From assembly GCA_041641305.1 (NCBI GenBank), contig JBEPYN010000001.1:416001-480000 (forward strand): 64,000 nt of DNA. Direction: 5' to 3'. A program made the position numbers and the translations under genes. Below, one piece after another: positions 28,960-38,555 of this stretch. Position 1 is the stretch's first letter; the number at the start of each line of letters is the position of its first letter. The notes below the pieces were generated by a model. It made no database searches. It saw only the letters and a program-made list of their open reading frames with translations, and was not told where the DNA came from. Source of the DNA: Nitrososphaerota archaeon. Lineage in GTDB: Archaea > Thermoproteota > Nitrososphaeria_A > Caldarchaeales > Caldarchaeaceae.

Positions 28960-30084
28960 TCACCTCCTGAAACTCAGCTTAACCCACCCGAGGGGGCTTG
29001 GCTCGCCGTCCGCCCCTTCCTGCACTAGACGCATAGACGACGGAAAACTCCGAGGGGCCGCCTGACTAAACCTCCTCGAACCTAACGCCCTAAACACCTG
29101 ACCCTCCAGATTTTCAAAGGCCATCGTAACCGTAGTCTTCCAATAACCCTGCCCATAGCCCAAGCTGGTCACAGCCTCCAGCTCACCAACCTTAGAAACC
29201 TCATCCAACAGAGAATCCAACCGTCTCCGAACACTCCCCGAAACATTCCCACCACCCAGCCTAACCAAATCCCTTTGCAGAACAGCCCGAGACCTCTCGT
29301 TAGCCATCTTCACCAAATCACTGACCAACGTCCCAACCATATCCTTCCTCGCAACCTTCTCCGAAACCTTTTGAACCATGAATACATGCAGGCCTCCGCG
29401 AAAAACCGTTCCCGAGGGAACCACCTCAACAAAGCCTAACCGCCTCTGACCAGAACCCCCAAACCTCATGCTAAGAAGCCGCGCCACACAAGTCTCCACC
29501 TCAGCCTCTGGAAACAAGTCAGATGGTCTCAGAAGCCGCAACAAATCACTCTCGAAAGAATGAGTATCCCGCCTAAGAACACTCTCCACCACAGCACCTT
29601 TCCCCTTTCTTTCCTGCTTAATTTCCTCCAACAACTTTCCGGCCAAACCTGAGTTACTCTTCAAAATCCCATATATCAGAGAAGTCCTGAGCGAGCCCTT
29701 CAGACTGCTCCCCGGCAGATACACCGACCCCTCAAGCGTTCTAATGAAAGGCATCAACTCAGAGCTGAAACTGTCATCACGCAAATGGTCCCGGAACCTT
29801 ATCCTGTATCTCGCCACCTTTTCAGCGAAGCGCTGCACGTCAACACCGTTATTCCTAAGGAACAGGGTGAGAGAAAAGTGTCCTGACTCCAGCTCCCTTA
29901 GATACATGTTCACAAGCCGATTTTTTTCCAGTTCTTGGAAAAGTTTGTCATGGTCCACCACGTAAAGCCAGCCGCCATGGTGTATGTAATCGACGCCGGT
30001 CAACCTCTCGTTCATTCCCACGTGAATAGGAGTTAGGGCCTGGACACGAATCTCGTAAACCTCAACCTGTGACAGCCGAGGCAT
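28960..30084 (-). CDS. csm5: Type III-A RAMP Csm5
   Basis: ALTPIHVG, YLPGSSLKGSLRT, LGYGQGYWKTT. Confidence 0.9.
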   Translation of the reverse strand: MPRLSQVEVYEIRVQALTPIHVGMNERLTGVDYIHHGGWLYVVDHDKLFQELEKNRLVNMYLRELESGHFSLTLFLRNNGVDVQRFAEKVARYRIRFRDHLRDDSFSSELMPFIRTLEGSVYLPGSSLKGSLRTSLIYGILKSNSGLAGKLLEEIKQERKGKGAVVESVLRRDTHSFESDLLRLLRPSDLFPEAEVETCVARLLSMRFGGSGQRRLGFVEVVPSGTVFRGGLHVFMVQKVSEKVARKDMVGTLVSDLVKMANERSRAVLQRDLVRLGGGNVSGSVRRRLDSLLDEVSKVGELEAVTSLGYGQGYWKTTVTMAFENLEGQVFRALGSRRFSQAAPRSFPSSMRLVQEGADGEPSPLGWVKLSFRR

Positions 30085-31060
30085 CCATCATCACCGGAAA
30101 AGCATACCCATAACGGTATACGCCGCCGTATACATGCAACATACGCCCAAAGACTCGCTTACCACCGAACGCGGGAAAAACAGAACCCTCCTCGAAAACA
30201 TAACATCTAAACCTCCCAACCCCAGAGTACATCGCAGTCCTCTCAACAACAACATAGCCAAGACCATCTCCAAAACTTTGTATCACTTGGGCTTCATCCC
30301 TAGTCGGAGAATATGGAGAAAGTGTGTAAAAGAGGCCGCCGCTGTCGCGCAAAAATTCGTCGTCCCGAATTATGAGCGGCTCTCCCTCAGATACGCCTAA
30401 ACCAATCGACCTCTCACCACCTACCCCGAGTTCCGCAACAGCCCTGAAGGACGCTAAGAAACGACTATCCTCATCAAACATTCTCAACCAAAAAGCTAGG
30501 CCACAGCCCTCTCCAAGCTCCACCGCAGCGGACCTGAAGAGCTGGGTTCTCATGCTTAGTCTATCCAACACCACCCTCCTACTCTTCACAAGCCTGTGGC
30601 CAGGAATCATCCCCTCCTCGGAACTCAGCGCCAAAACACCCTCTACAATCCTCAACTCCTCCAAGGTCCCTGCGATAAGCCTGGAGACAGCCTCTACAGT
30701 CCCGAAAACCACTCTCTGCGCCAGCTTAGCGGCCTTCCCCTCATCACTTTCCAACCTTTTCGCTACATCAAATAGCCGAGCTCTCAGCCTGGGCATCCGC
30801 GGCACAGGTATCAAAACACTTACCATACCTTTCACCCTCTTCGCAGGGAACATGGATGAGACGAGGAAAGACGGAGCACCGTTAACGAAACGCGACAGAA
30901 GAGACTTCAGCTCATCCCCACCGTAAAGCAGGGAGTAGGCCCAGCAAAAAGCTCCGAACAACGTATCCGCCCCCACGATAACCCGGTAGTCCTCCATAGA
31001 AGGGCCGGAACCGGCTCTATAACTTCTTACGGGGAGGAAAACTAGGAGAGCGTCTGACAC
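30062..31060 (-). CDS. csm4: Type III-A RAMP Csm4
   Basis: ADTLFGAFC, LVSSMFP, GVGGERSIGLG, FEEGSVF, YRYGYAF. Confidence 0.9.
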   Translation of the reverse strand: MSDALLVFLPVRSYRAGSGPSMEDYRVIVGADTLFGAFCWAYSLLYGGDELKSLLSRFVNGAPSFLVSSMFPAKRVKGMVSVLIPVPRMPRLRARLFDVAKRLESDEGKAAKLAQRVVFGTVEAVSRLIAGTLEELRIVEGVLALSSEEGMIPGHRLVKSRRVVLDRLSMRTQLFRSAAVELGEGCGLAFWLRMFDEDSRFLASFRAVAELGVGGERSIGLGVSEGEPLIIRDDEFLRDSGGLFYTLSPYSPTRDEAQVIQSFGDGLGYVVVERTAMYSGVGRFRCYVFEEGSVFPAFGGKRVFGRMLHVYGGVYRYGYAFPVMMDASAVTG

Positions 31061-31066
31061 AAACTC

Positions 31067-31894
31067 TCACTTGCTATTAATTTTTAAGAATTGCATTATC
31101 TGGGACTTGACATCTTCAATATTCGTAAGAACATCGTCAACCGTTTCATAATATCCTTCAGCGGGTATTTTCATGACCCCGTCTTTCGGGTTGCTGAAGT
31201 GGTTTGGTGAAATAACCTTAAACACGATATTCTTGAACTTAATCCTGCCATAACCTCTTGAGCCATAGCCCCCCAAGTAATCCTCTTCGACGAGCTTCAT
31301 CGCCTCAAAGACTATCTTAAAACGTTCCACATCCCTTTTCCCATTGTTTCCTTCTCCGTCGAAGACGAGGTACGACATGTTAACCTCGAACTCAGAATCT
31401 TTGGGAATCCTCTCCACCCACCTCGGGTTCGCCTTGCTAGTCAGTCTATCCAGCGCGTTCTCCCCCTTTACCTCGATCGAGCCAAATACCCTCCACCTAT
31501 TTCTCGTCTGATCTGTTGCATATGAGTCGCTGACTCTCAAACGAGTAAGCGATAAGATGTTTTGAACCTCGCCCGACTCCTGACTCTGTTGCTTTTCAAC
31601 CAACTCGGGCTGCCTCCCAAAAACTATGCAAACATCGCAATCGATATTGTCGCATAGGTGAATGCTCATTTTGAGCTTGGTGCTGAGGGGTAGATCCCTG
31701 TAAAGCTCATACTTTGACCTCATCGCGCCCTTCAGTGAGGAACCGGGGATATACGGCTCCTGAGTGAACGGGTCCTTTATCACAACGTTCTCCACACCAC
31801 CTATTTCGGTGCCTCCGGGAGTTCCACCGATCCTAAGCCCAGTTAGACAGGACAACAAAGCATTTACCTTAATGAAACCAGCAATCCTAACCAT
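31067..31894 (-). CDS. csm3: Type III-A RAMP Csm3
   Basis: TGLRIGG, PYIPGSSLKG, KGENALDR, DYLGGYGSRGYG; alternative GTG start at 31903. Confidence 0.92.
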   Translation of the reverse strand: MVRIAGFIKVNALLSCLTGLRIGGTPGGTEIGGVENVVIKDPFTQEPYIPGSSLKGAMRSKYELYRDLPLSTKLKMSIHLCDNIDCDVCIVFGRQPELVEKQQSQESGEVQNILSLTRLRVSDSYATDQTRNRWRVFGSIEVKGENALDRLTSKANPRWVERIPKDSEFEVNMSYLVFDGEGNNGKRDVERFKIVFEAMKLVEEDYLGGYGSRGYGRIKFKNIVFKVISPNHFSNPKDGVMKIPAEGYYETVDDVLTNIEDVKSQIMQFLKINSK

Positions 31895-32348
31895 ACCTTT
31901 CACGCTCCATCTCTTTTATGAAGTTGTAGTAGGCGATTATGGATTCAGAGACGTTGAAGACCAGCTCTATATACTTGTGCGGCTCTGGCGAATCCATCAA
32001 CTTAGTCACCAAATTTTTCATTAAATTGAAGTAGTTGTCGATGCTTTTATTTTTACGAGGTCCCTGTCTTGCATGTTGATAGGTAGTTATGTAACTTAGC
32101 TTAACTAACCCCCTCTTTAACTCAGTTATCTGTTCCCGAGGGACGGTATCGGCATATGCTCTGAGACTGGCGGCCAGCTTGTTCAACCTTATCAGCTCTG
32201 AATGAATTCTTCTCAACTGGTGTTCGGCGAAATTCTCTCTAACTAACCCCTCCCCCAAGAATTTACCTACCTCATCTATCAAAGACGGTTCGTTTTGTAG
32301 CTGTGTTAAATCTGGATTTTTTACAAAGTCTATTTTCCCTGAACTCAT
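31887..32348 (-). CDS. csm2: Type III-A small subunit Csm2
   Basis: Helical protein with 'HQLRRIH' and 'ESIIAYY'; lies between cas10 and csm3. Confidence 0.8.
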   Translation of the reverse strand: MSSGKIDFVKNPDLTQLQNEPSLIDEVGKFLGEGLVRENFAEHQLRRIHSELIRLNKLAASLRAYADTVPREQITELKRGLVKLSYITTYQHARQGPRKNKSIDNYFNLMKNLVTKLMDSPEPHKYIELVFNVSESIIAYYNFIKEMERERYG

Positions 32349-34720
32349 GCTACCACCTCTTTTCTAGTGTATTTTTCCACGAGCCATGTTAGGGCTCTCA
32401 TCATGGGGAATAATATTGTAAGCTCTTGTAGATATGTCTTTTCTAGCTGGTCTAGTCTCTGGCTAGCCCTTCTCTCCTCTTCCTTGGCCATGTGTTTTGA
32501 CAAGACGTATTTCAGCCTATGTCTCGTCACCGACCAGTAGTGCTCCACTGAATACTCTGTGAAAAGTTGTTCGAGTTTGAAGATAAGCGCCCTCGAGACC
32601 TCTCCTTTTTTAATCCCATTCGACAACTGGTGAGCTACCTTTAGTAGGTCTTTGAATACGTTCCAGCCAATGACCTCGCCCTCACAAGATATGCAGTTCT
32701 TTCTCTTTTTCGCTTCCGCCATCAAGTTGTCAAGCGTCTCTGTGGCAACCTTGACAGGGGTTTTCGGGTCTTCGACCAAGAGGGCGCAGCTCATCGTCGG
32801 CCTTTTGGTTCCGAAGCATTTCCTGATTTCGGTTTCAAGGACCTCGGAAAATTCGACAACTTCGTTCCATGGACCAATGATTAGAAGGTCATCCCCACCA
32901 GAGTAAATTAGGTATAGGTTGTTTGTCCTTGTCCCGGTTTTATCTAGGCGTGTTTTTCTCACCAGCTGCTCTACCACCCCCTCCATAACTATGGAGACAA
33001 GCTGGGAAACCGTGGACAGGACAGAGAATCTGTCGGCCCTGTCTCTTATAAGAGAGCCCATGCCGTCCAAGTCAAGGCGTAGGTAACCGATCTCGGCGGA
33101 CCCCTCTGAGCTAGAGGCTAGGTCGTCGAAGGACATTATCTGGCCGTCTCCGGTTAGTGGGGCCCATTGGGGCATGAACATGAAGCCAACCGATATGGGG
33201 AGTTTTCCTATTTGGTTGCTGATGTGGTTGATTATTTCGGTGAGGTTAGTGTCGTTGATTATTTTGACGGAAACAAGCCTGAGGCTTTTTTGTTTATCTT
33301 CTAAGAATCGGAGGAAAGTCGCTAGTTCCTCTTTTTTCTCGGCAAGGTAGTAGCTGATGCTTAGGCCGTCAGTGGTGAAGTTGATCACGTCCTGCCAATC
33401 GTCTAGGTTTTCGATTTCTGCATCCTGCGTCCATATCTCTACGAGGTACTTGGACTTTGTTATTCTTCGTCCAAGGTCGGCTAGCCCGTAGCAAATTGAG
33501 CATACTCTTAGGCCCTCCTCACCCTCGCCAATCATCTTAGCCTTCCCCTCGTCCTCGATGTATATCCCGCATGATTCGCAGACCATGTTCTCCTTTTCGA
33601 TTCTTTCCCCGAACAGGGTATCGTAAAACTCGGAGAGCAGCTCCTTGAAAGCGTTTTCCTTTCTTTTCTTCAAGTCTTCATGGGCCTCGTTTATTTTTTG
33701 CTTTAACAATTCCCAGGTCTTCTTTTGACCGGTGCCTGTTGATGGTTCTCCGAGATTTACGTCGGCGAAGCCTATGTATAGTCTGAGGGAGCCTTTGTGT
33801 CTCTTCAACAGGAATCGGTTTATTTCTTTCACTAGCTCGGTTTTTGCGCTGCTGTATAGGGTTGGGGAGATTATCATGAAGTGTCCTCCTCCTGAGTAGA
33901 TGAGGTTGAATGGCGGTAGTCTGAGTTTGATTAGGAGGTGTTTGGCGACGGCGTCGGATAGGAAGGAGATGTATGCGCTTCTTCCTTTCAGTGATTTTAG
34001 GGCTTGTTTGTAGACTCTTTGGCCGTAGACGAATCGTTGGATGCCTCCTATGTCTCCAACTATTATTGTGAAGGATTTTTTCTGGCTTCTTTTGAAGCAG
34101 ATGGAGAGGGCGGCTGTTAGCCTTGAGTGTTCGTATAGGGAGTTGGTTGGCTCCTTTTCTACGGCTGGCGCGGATGGGACGAGAAAGAGCTCCTTTCTCA
34201 ACAGCTCTGAGAGACTGGCGATGTATGGTAGCGTGTTTCCCATATTGTAAAGTCTTTCTATTGATTGCATGCCTTCTTCGAGCTCGTTTGCAATCTCTAT
34301 GTATTCTACGATTCCTGCTTCTGCTTGGCTGGATGGATAAAATAGGGTGAGGTCTCCGATGCTAAGTCTTCTAGCTGGGTAGTAAACCTTCTCGTCCGGG
34401 TCTGCTAAGGGGGATTTTAGGGGTCTGTGGAGTGGGTAATAGATTTGGCCAGTCTCCTCGCTTCTTTCCATTTCTCTTTCACCAGCTGATGCGTGGTCGG
34501 CTTCTATGAGTAGTCGCAGTAGTGGGTCGTCTCCTCCCTCATGATGTCCTTCGACCAGCCGAGATACATTTTCAGCGGTCGTATAATCTGGAATGTGTTC
34601 TTTTACAAAGTTTGCTGAGAGTCTTTCATGTTTAACGTGGTTACCGGCTCTCTGTAACACTTTTCCGATGTCGTGGAGTAGAGATGCGAGGGAGAGGATG
34701 ACCTCGTCGGTATCTAACAA
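32345..34720 (-). CDS. cas10: Cas10/Csm1 with HD nuclease and GGDD cyclase palm
   Basis: LLHDIGK HD motif, SLYEHSR, GDIGGIQRF, YSGGDDL. Confidence 0.95.
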   Translation of the reverse strand: MLDTDEVILSLASLLHDIGKVLQRAGNHVKHERLSANFVKEHIPDYTTAENVSRLVEGHHEGGDDPLLRLLIEADHASAGEREMERSEETGQIYYPLHRPLKSPLADPDEKVYYPARRLSIGDLTLFYPSSQAEAGIVEYIEIANELEEGMQSIERLYNMGNTLPYIASLSELLRKELFLVPSAPAVEKEPTNSLYEHSRLTAALSICFKRSQKKSFTIIVGDIGGIQRFVYGQRVYKQALKSLKGRSAYISFLSDAVAKHLLIKLRLPPFNLIYSGGGHFMIISPTLYSSAKTELVKEINRFLLKRHKGSLRLYIGFADVNLGEPSTGTGQKKTWELLKQKINEAHEDLKKRKENAFKELLSEFYDTLFGERIEKENMVCESCGIYIEDEGKAKMIGEGEEGLRVCSICYGLADLGRRITKSKYLVEIWTQDAEIENLDDWQDVINFTTDGLSISYYLAEKKEELATFLRFLEDKQKSLRLVSVKIINDTNLTEIINHISNQIGKLPISVGFMFMPQWAPLTGDGQIMSFDDLASSSEGSAEIGYLRLDLDGMGSLIRDRADRFSVLSTVSQLVSIVMEGVVEQLVRKTRLDKTGTRTNNLYLIYSGGDDLLIIGPWNEVVEFSEVLETEIRKCFGTKRPTMSCALLVEDPKTPVKVATETLDNLMAEAKKRKNCISCEGEVIGWNVFKDLLKVAHQLSNGIKKGEVSRALIFKLEQLFTEYSVEHYWSVTRHRLKYVLSKHMAKEEERRASQRLDQLEKTYLQELTILFPMMRALTWLVEKYTRKEVVA

Positions 34721-34946
34721 CTTAATTTATCGATTATGTAAGGGGTCATATAACTCTTTAGCCGTTCACATCGCTGCACCATCGTAAAGTTGTTGCAAAT
34801 AGTGGAGTTTTGGAGGTTTGAGTCGGTAACTGTGAAACATTTACGGAGGGGCTGGTGGCTAAATTGATAGAGGGACAGCGTGCATGAAGTTGTTTGCTAT
34901 ACTTTCAATGAAAGCTCACAAGTATTCGGCCCCAGCATAGAAACCA

Positions 34947-35856
34947 CTTTCCATCCTCTTTTCATTGACAGTGACAATTCATTTGGAGAATTGCGGCATC
35001 ATCGAAATTGACACCTTTCCATCCTCTTTTCATTGACAGAGAAACACCATCAAAAGAATACTCCTACCCGCCGAATACTACTTTCCATCCTCTTTTCATT
35101 GACAGTTCAACTTTTACGGCGAGATAGTGGCGTTCACAGTGGCCTTTCCATCCTCTTTTCATTGACAGTAACTTTTTTTGAAATGTTGAGAGTGTTATGC
35201 ATAAATTGTAAGAGCTTTCCATCCTCTTTTCATTGACAGGTAGCTAAGATGCTGTTGGGTGAAGCATGAATGGGGGGGTTGTTAGTCTTTCCATCCTCTT
35301 TTCATTGACAGCCGGAGGGTGGTGGGACGCCCTCCAGCACCTCTCCAAATGTCTTTCCATCCTCTTTTCATTGACAGTCTAATTTGCTACCAATGGGTGA
35401 ATGGCAGATATGTATACTTTCCATCCTCTTTTCATTGACAGGGCTGGGCAGGTTTACGCGAACAGTATCGAAGAGGTCTACGCCAACTTTCCATCCTCTT
35501 TTCATTGACAGAGGGTTGCGAAGCCTAAGCGTTGCCCAAAATGCATGAGGTGGTTGAACTTTCCATCCTCTTTTCATTGACAGGTTTACCGAAGTAACAG
35601 TGGTTTAGTGTATATGTATCTATATCTTTCCATCCTCTTTTCATTGACAGTTAACCGACATCATGAACGCGCTTAACACTTTGCAGACGAAGACTTTCCA
35701 TCCTCTTTTCATTGACAGTTTCTCTCGCCAGCCGCCTCAACCTCGACAAAGACTTCTGGATAATCTTTCCATCCTCTTTTCATTGACAGAACCAGAAGCT
35801 TGACAAGATTTCTTGGGCAATGGTTGAGAGACTTTCCATCCTCTTTTCATTGACAG
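34947..35856 (-). CRISPR. CRISPR array 2: 14 perfect 25-bp repeats (same repeat), 13 spacers
   Basis: Repeats from 34947 to 35856; possible decayed trailer repeat at ~34890-34914. Confidence 0.98.
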
Positions 35857-35950
35857 TGTGCCTGATTTCCGGAAATTTCAGGGAATTGGGTGATTTTGTC
35901 GGGTGAGGGTGTCGGGCGACGAATTTTTGGAGCCTCTATTTAAGTTCTAC
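35857..35950 (-). promoter_or_regulatory. CRISPR leader 2
   Basis: Homologous to leader 1; AGAACTTAAATAG BRE/TATA-like on - strand. Confidence 0.8.
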
Positions 35951-36145
35951 GTGTGTCTACGCCAATCCTCGGAAGCGGACCTATGCTAAAAGAAAAAACA
36001 CAGCCAAAACCCTTGGTTCATCACCTCCTCGACAAAAAATCGCGAAAGCCATCCCTGCGGCACACGTCTACCACCTTGGGCAAACCCCCAAATAAACACA
36101 ACAATCATATATAACCTCATCTCAAAAACACCGGAAACAAACAAA

Positions 36146-37045
36146 ATGATAATCCTCTATGACCTCATAGCCGAATGCAGCGACGATAAACTACTCATGA
36201 CAAGCCTCCCAACAGCCAGACTCAGAGGCCTCCTCGGACAATGCATAAAAGTCTACTCAAAAACCCACAACCTAAAACTCTACGAAAACTTCTTCAAACC
36301 CAGAAGAGGGATGGTGGGAAGGGACATTGCCAGAAAAATACCTACACCCAAACCCTACATAATCAACCCCCCAACACTACTCCACAGAGACACAATTCAG
36401 TTCAGACTCACTGTATTCGGACACGCCAACCAGCTCATGCCCCACATCCTCAAAGCAATAAAAAAAGAACACGGCAAACTGCAACTATTAGAAGCAACAA
36501 TAATAAACGACGTAACAGGCGAAAAATGGGAAATCACCGACGACGAAAAAAGAACACAACAACACGCAATAACATACCAAATGCTCCTCCAAAACACAAG
36601 ACAACACATCGAAGACAGAGAGAACTTAGACATAACACTGATGTTCCTCACACCCGTAAGACTAACCCGCGACGGCTCAGACATCAAACCCAACCAGCTA
36701 AAACCATCCGACCTCATACGCTTCGCAGCCCGACGCCTCTTCCTACTAGACTACCTATACTACTCAGCTGGTAGAACACTGCCCTTCAAGCTATCACCAG
36801 AAACCGTGAAAAAACTCACGGAATGCGCAGACTCCACAACCAATATAGAAACAACACTCAGCGAAAAAATCCTCAACCTCAAGCAAAAAACAAAAACACT
36901 CACCGGAAAACTCAAACTCAAAATCCAACATAAAGGAGAGGAGACGCTAAAGGCAGTCTTCCTGCTAAAAGCATGCGAATACCTAGGCATAGGAAAACAC
37001 ACAGCATACGGACTGGGAAAATACACACTAACATACAGCACATGA
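36146..37045 (+). CDS. cas6: CRISPR endoribonuclease Cas6
   Basis: LRGLLG, PKPYII, FLTPVRL, C-terminal GIGKHTAYGLG glycine-rich loop. Confidence 0.85.
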   Translation: MIILYDLIAECSDDKLLMTSLPTARLRGLLGQCIKVYSKTHNLKLYENFFKPRRGMVGRDIARKIPTPKPYIINPPTLLHRDTIQFRLTVFGHANQLMPHILKAIKKEHGKLQLLEATIINDVTGEKWEITDDEKRTQQHAITYQMLLQNTRQHIEDRENLDITLMFLTPVRLTRDGSDIKPNQLKPSDLIRFAARRLFLLDYLYYSAGRTLPFKLSPETVKKLTECADSTTNIETTLSEKILNLKQKTKTLTGKLKLKIQHKGEETLKAVFLLKACEYLGIGKHTAYGLGKYTLTYST

Positions 37046-37316
37046 ACAACCCAAACAACATATGCGACATCTATCCACCTTCCCGCAGCCATAAACCAAC
37101 TTTGAGTCACGTTTTGCTCAATTCGCTACCCCAATATTCTTTTCTACACACCTACAGCTAAGACATAGCACCTATAAACAGCCCACTAGTCAAAACTCCC
37201 AATGCCAAGCGTTTACATCTGTAGAGAAGGGGTGGGAGTATGCCTGCCCCGAAAACGGAGTCCCCAATATTATCCAGCTCTGTAAAACACTCTACCCATT
37301 TTTATCAATCCCTTTT

Positions 37317-37960
37317 GCCTTGTGGCTTATCTTCTCTCCCTCCTCTGGCTCTCGAGGCCTTTCTACGGTTCTGTCTAGTGGCTTTTCGGGTCTTGATGGT
37401 GGTTGCTTATAAGGCTTATGGCCTACTGTTACTTCCCCTTCTTGATGATGTCCTGCTGGGGGAGGGTTGATGGGAGGCTCATATGTAGAGGCTCTGAGGG
37501 AGTCTAGAGAACCAGTTGTTAGACTCTACTGGGGTTAAGGCCCATAGGGCGGGATCATGGCTGGGGAGGAGATACGGTAAGAGGGGGAGGTATGTTAGGA
37601 TGCATGTAGCTGTAGATGCTAGGACTGGTGAGATAATAGACGTGGAGGTTTCCAGGGATGGTGTTCATGACTCTGAGATGGCTAGGTCCTTCTAGAAGAT
37701 CAGCTGCTAGGATGATGAGGGACCTAGGATACGACTTATGGAGGAGGATAATGGTAGGAGGTGGATGGCTGAGACAGCCATATCGGTATTCAAGTCGATA
37801 TTCTGCGAAGAGATACTATCAAAGAAGCCTAGATGGATGAGCATAGAGATAGTACATAAAACGTTCATATACAACCTCCTCCTGAACGCTGCGTAACACA
37901 AGACACAGGAAAACCAGCGGGAAAAGAGGGCATAGAACCAAAGAAATTAGGCCACAACGC
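37317..37960 (+). mobile_element. Internally deleted IS5-family (IS903-like) element with transposase pseudogene
   Basis: Fragments LDSTGVK...MHVAVDARTGEI...VHDSEM* and RWMAETAISVFKSIF; imperfect 19-bp terminal inverted repeats 37317-37335 / 37942-37960 (15/19). Confidence 0.75.
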
Positions 37961-38020
37961 ATATTTTTTCTAAAGCTTATATAGCTTGATGTGGTAGTGT
38001 TTACGCTGGTGGGCTGAATA

Positions 38021-38233
38021 ATGGATCATCAGCATAATTTGGATAATTTCTTTCCTGAGAAGGTTTTTGAGAGTGTTGAGGCTTGTAAGGTCTATGAGGC
38101 TACGGGGACGCTGAGGCTTAAGGTGAGTAAGAAGGTCTGGAAAGCGTTTAACATCCCAGATAAGGCTGTTGTAAGGTGTAGGGCGTTTAAAAGCAGGTAT
38201 GATACCACTGCCGCCCTCAGGCTACCTGTTTGA
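38021..38233 (+). CDS. Hypothetical protein (possibly the N-terminal half of a frameshifted gene)
   Basis: ATG ORF after TATA-like cttatatag; overlaps next ORF in +1 frame. Confidence 0.35.
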   Translation: MDHQHNLDNFFPEKVFESVEACKVYEATGTLRLKVSKKVWKAFNIPDKAVVRCRAFKSRYDTTAALRLPV

Positions 38234-38513
38234 GAACGGTTTCATGGAGTATAGTGATGGAGAAAATAATGGTCAGAGGCGTTTATTTATCGACTTATGG
38301 GTTGAGGACGGCATCCTATGCACGTCTTATAAGCCTGACGAGGAATATGACCATTACGAGAATACACCGAGCTTTAAAGCGCCGAATTATGGGAAAGGTA
38401 TAGGCTTCTGCGCAAGATGCCAAGGAGGATACATTCTCGAATACTCTCCCAAATGCCCAATTCACGGTATAAAACTAAGAACAAAACCAAGAAAAAAGAA
38501 ACAAACAACATAA
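38199..38513 (+). CDS. Hypothetical zinc-finger protein (CxxC...CPxH, LRTKPR tail)
   Basis: FCARCQ...KCPIHGIKLRTKPR. Confidence 0.5.
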   Translation: MIPLPPSGYLFENGFMEYSDGENNGQRRLFIDLWVEDGILCTSYKPDEEYDHYENTPSFKAPNYGKGIGFCARCQGGYILEYSPKCPIHGIKLRTKPRKKKQTT

Positions 38514-38555
38514 TTAGGGCATTATTGTGATATTTAATTTTGGCTTCATGTAACG

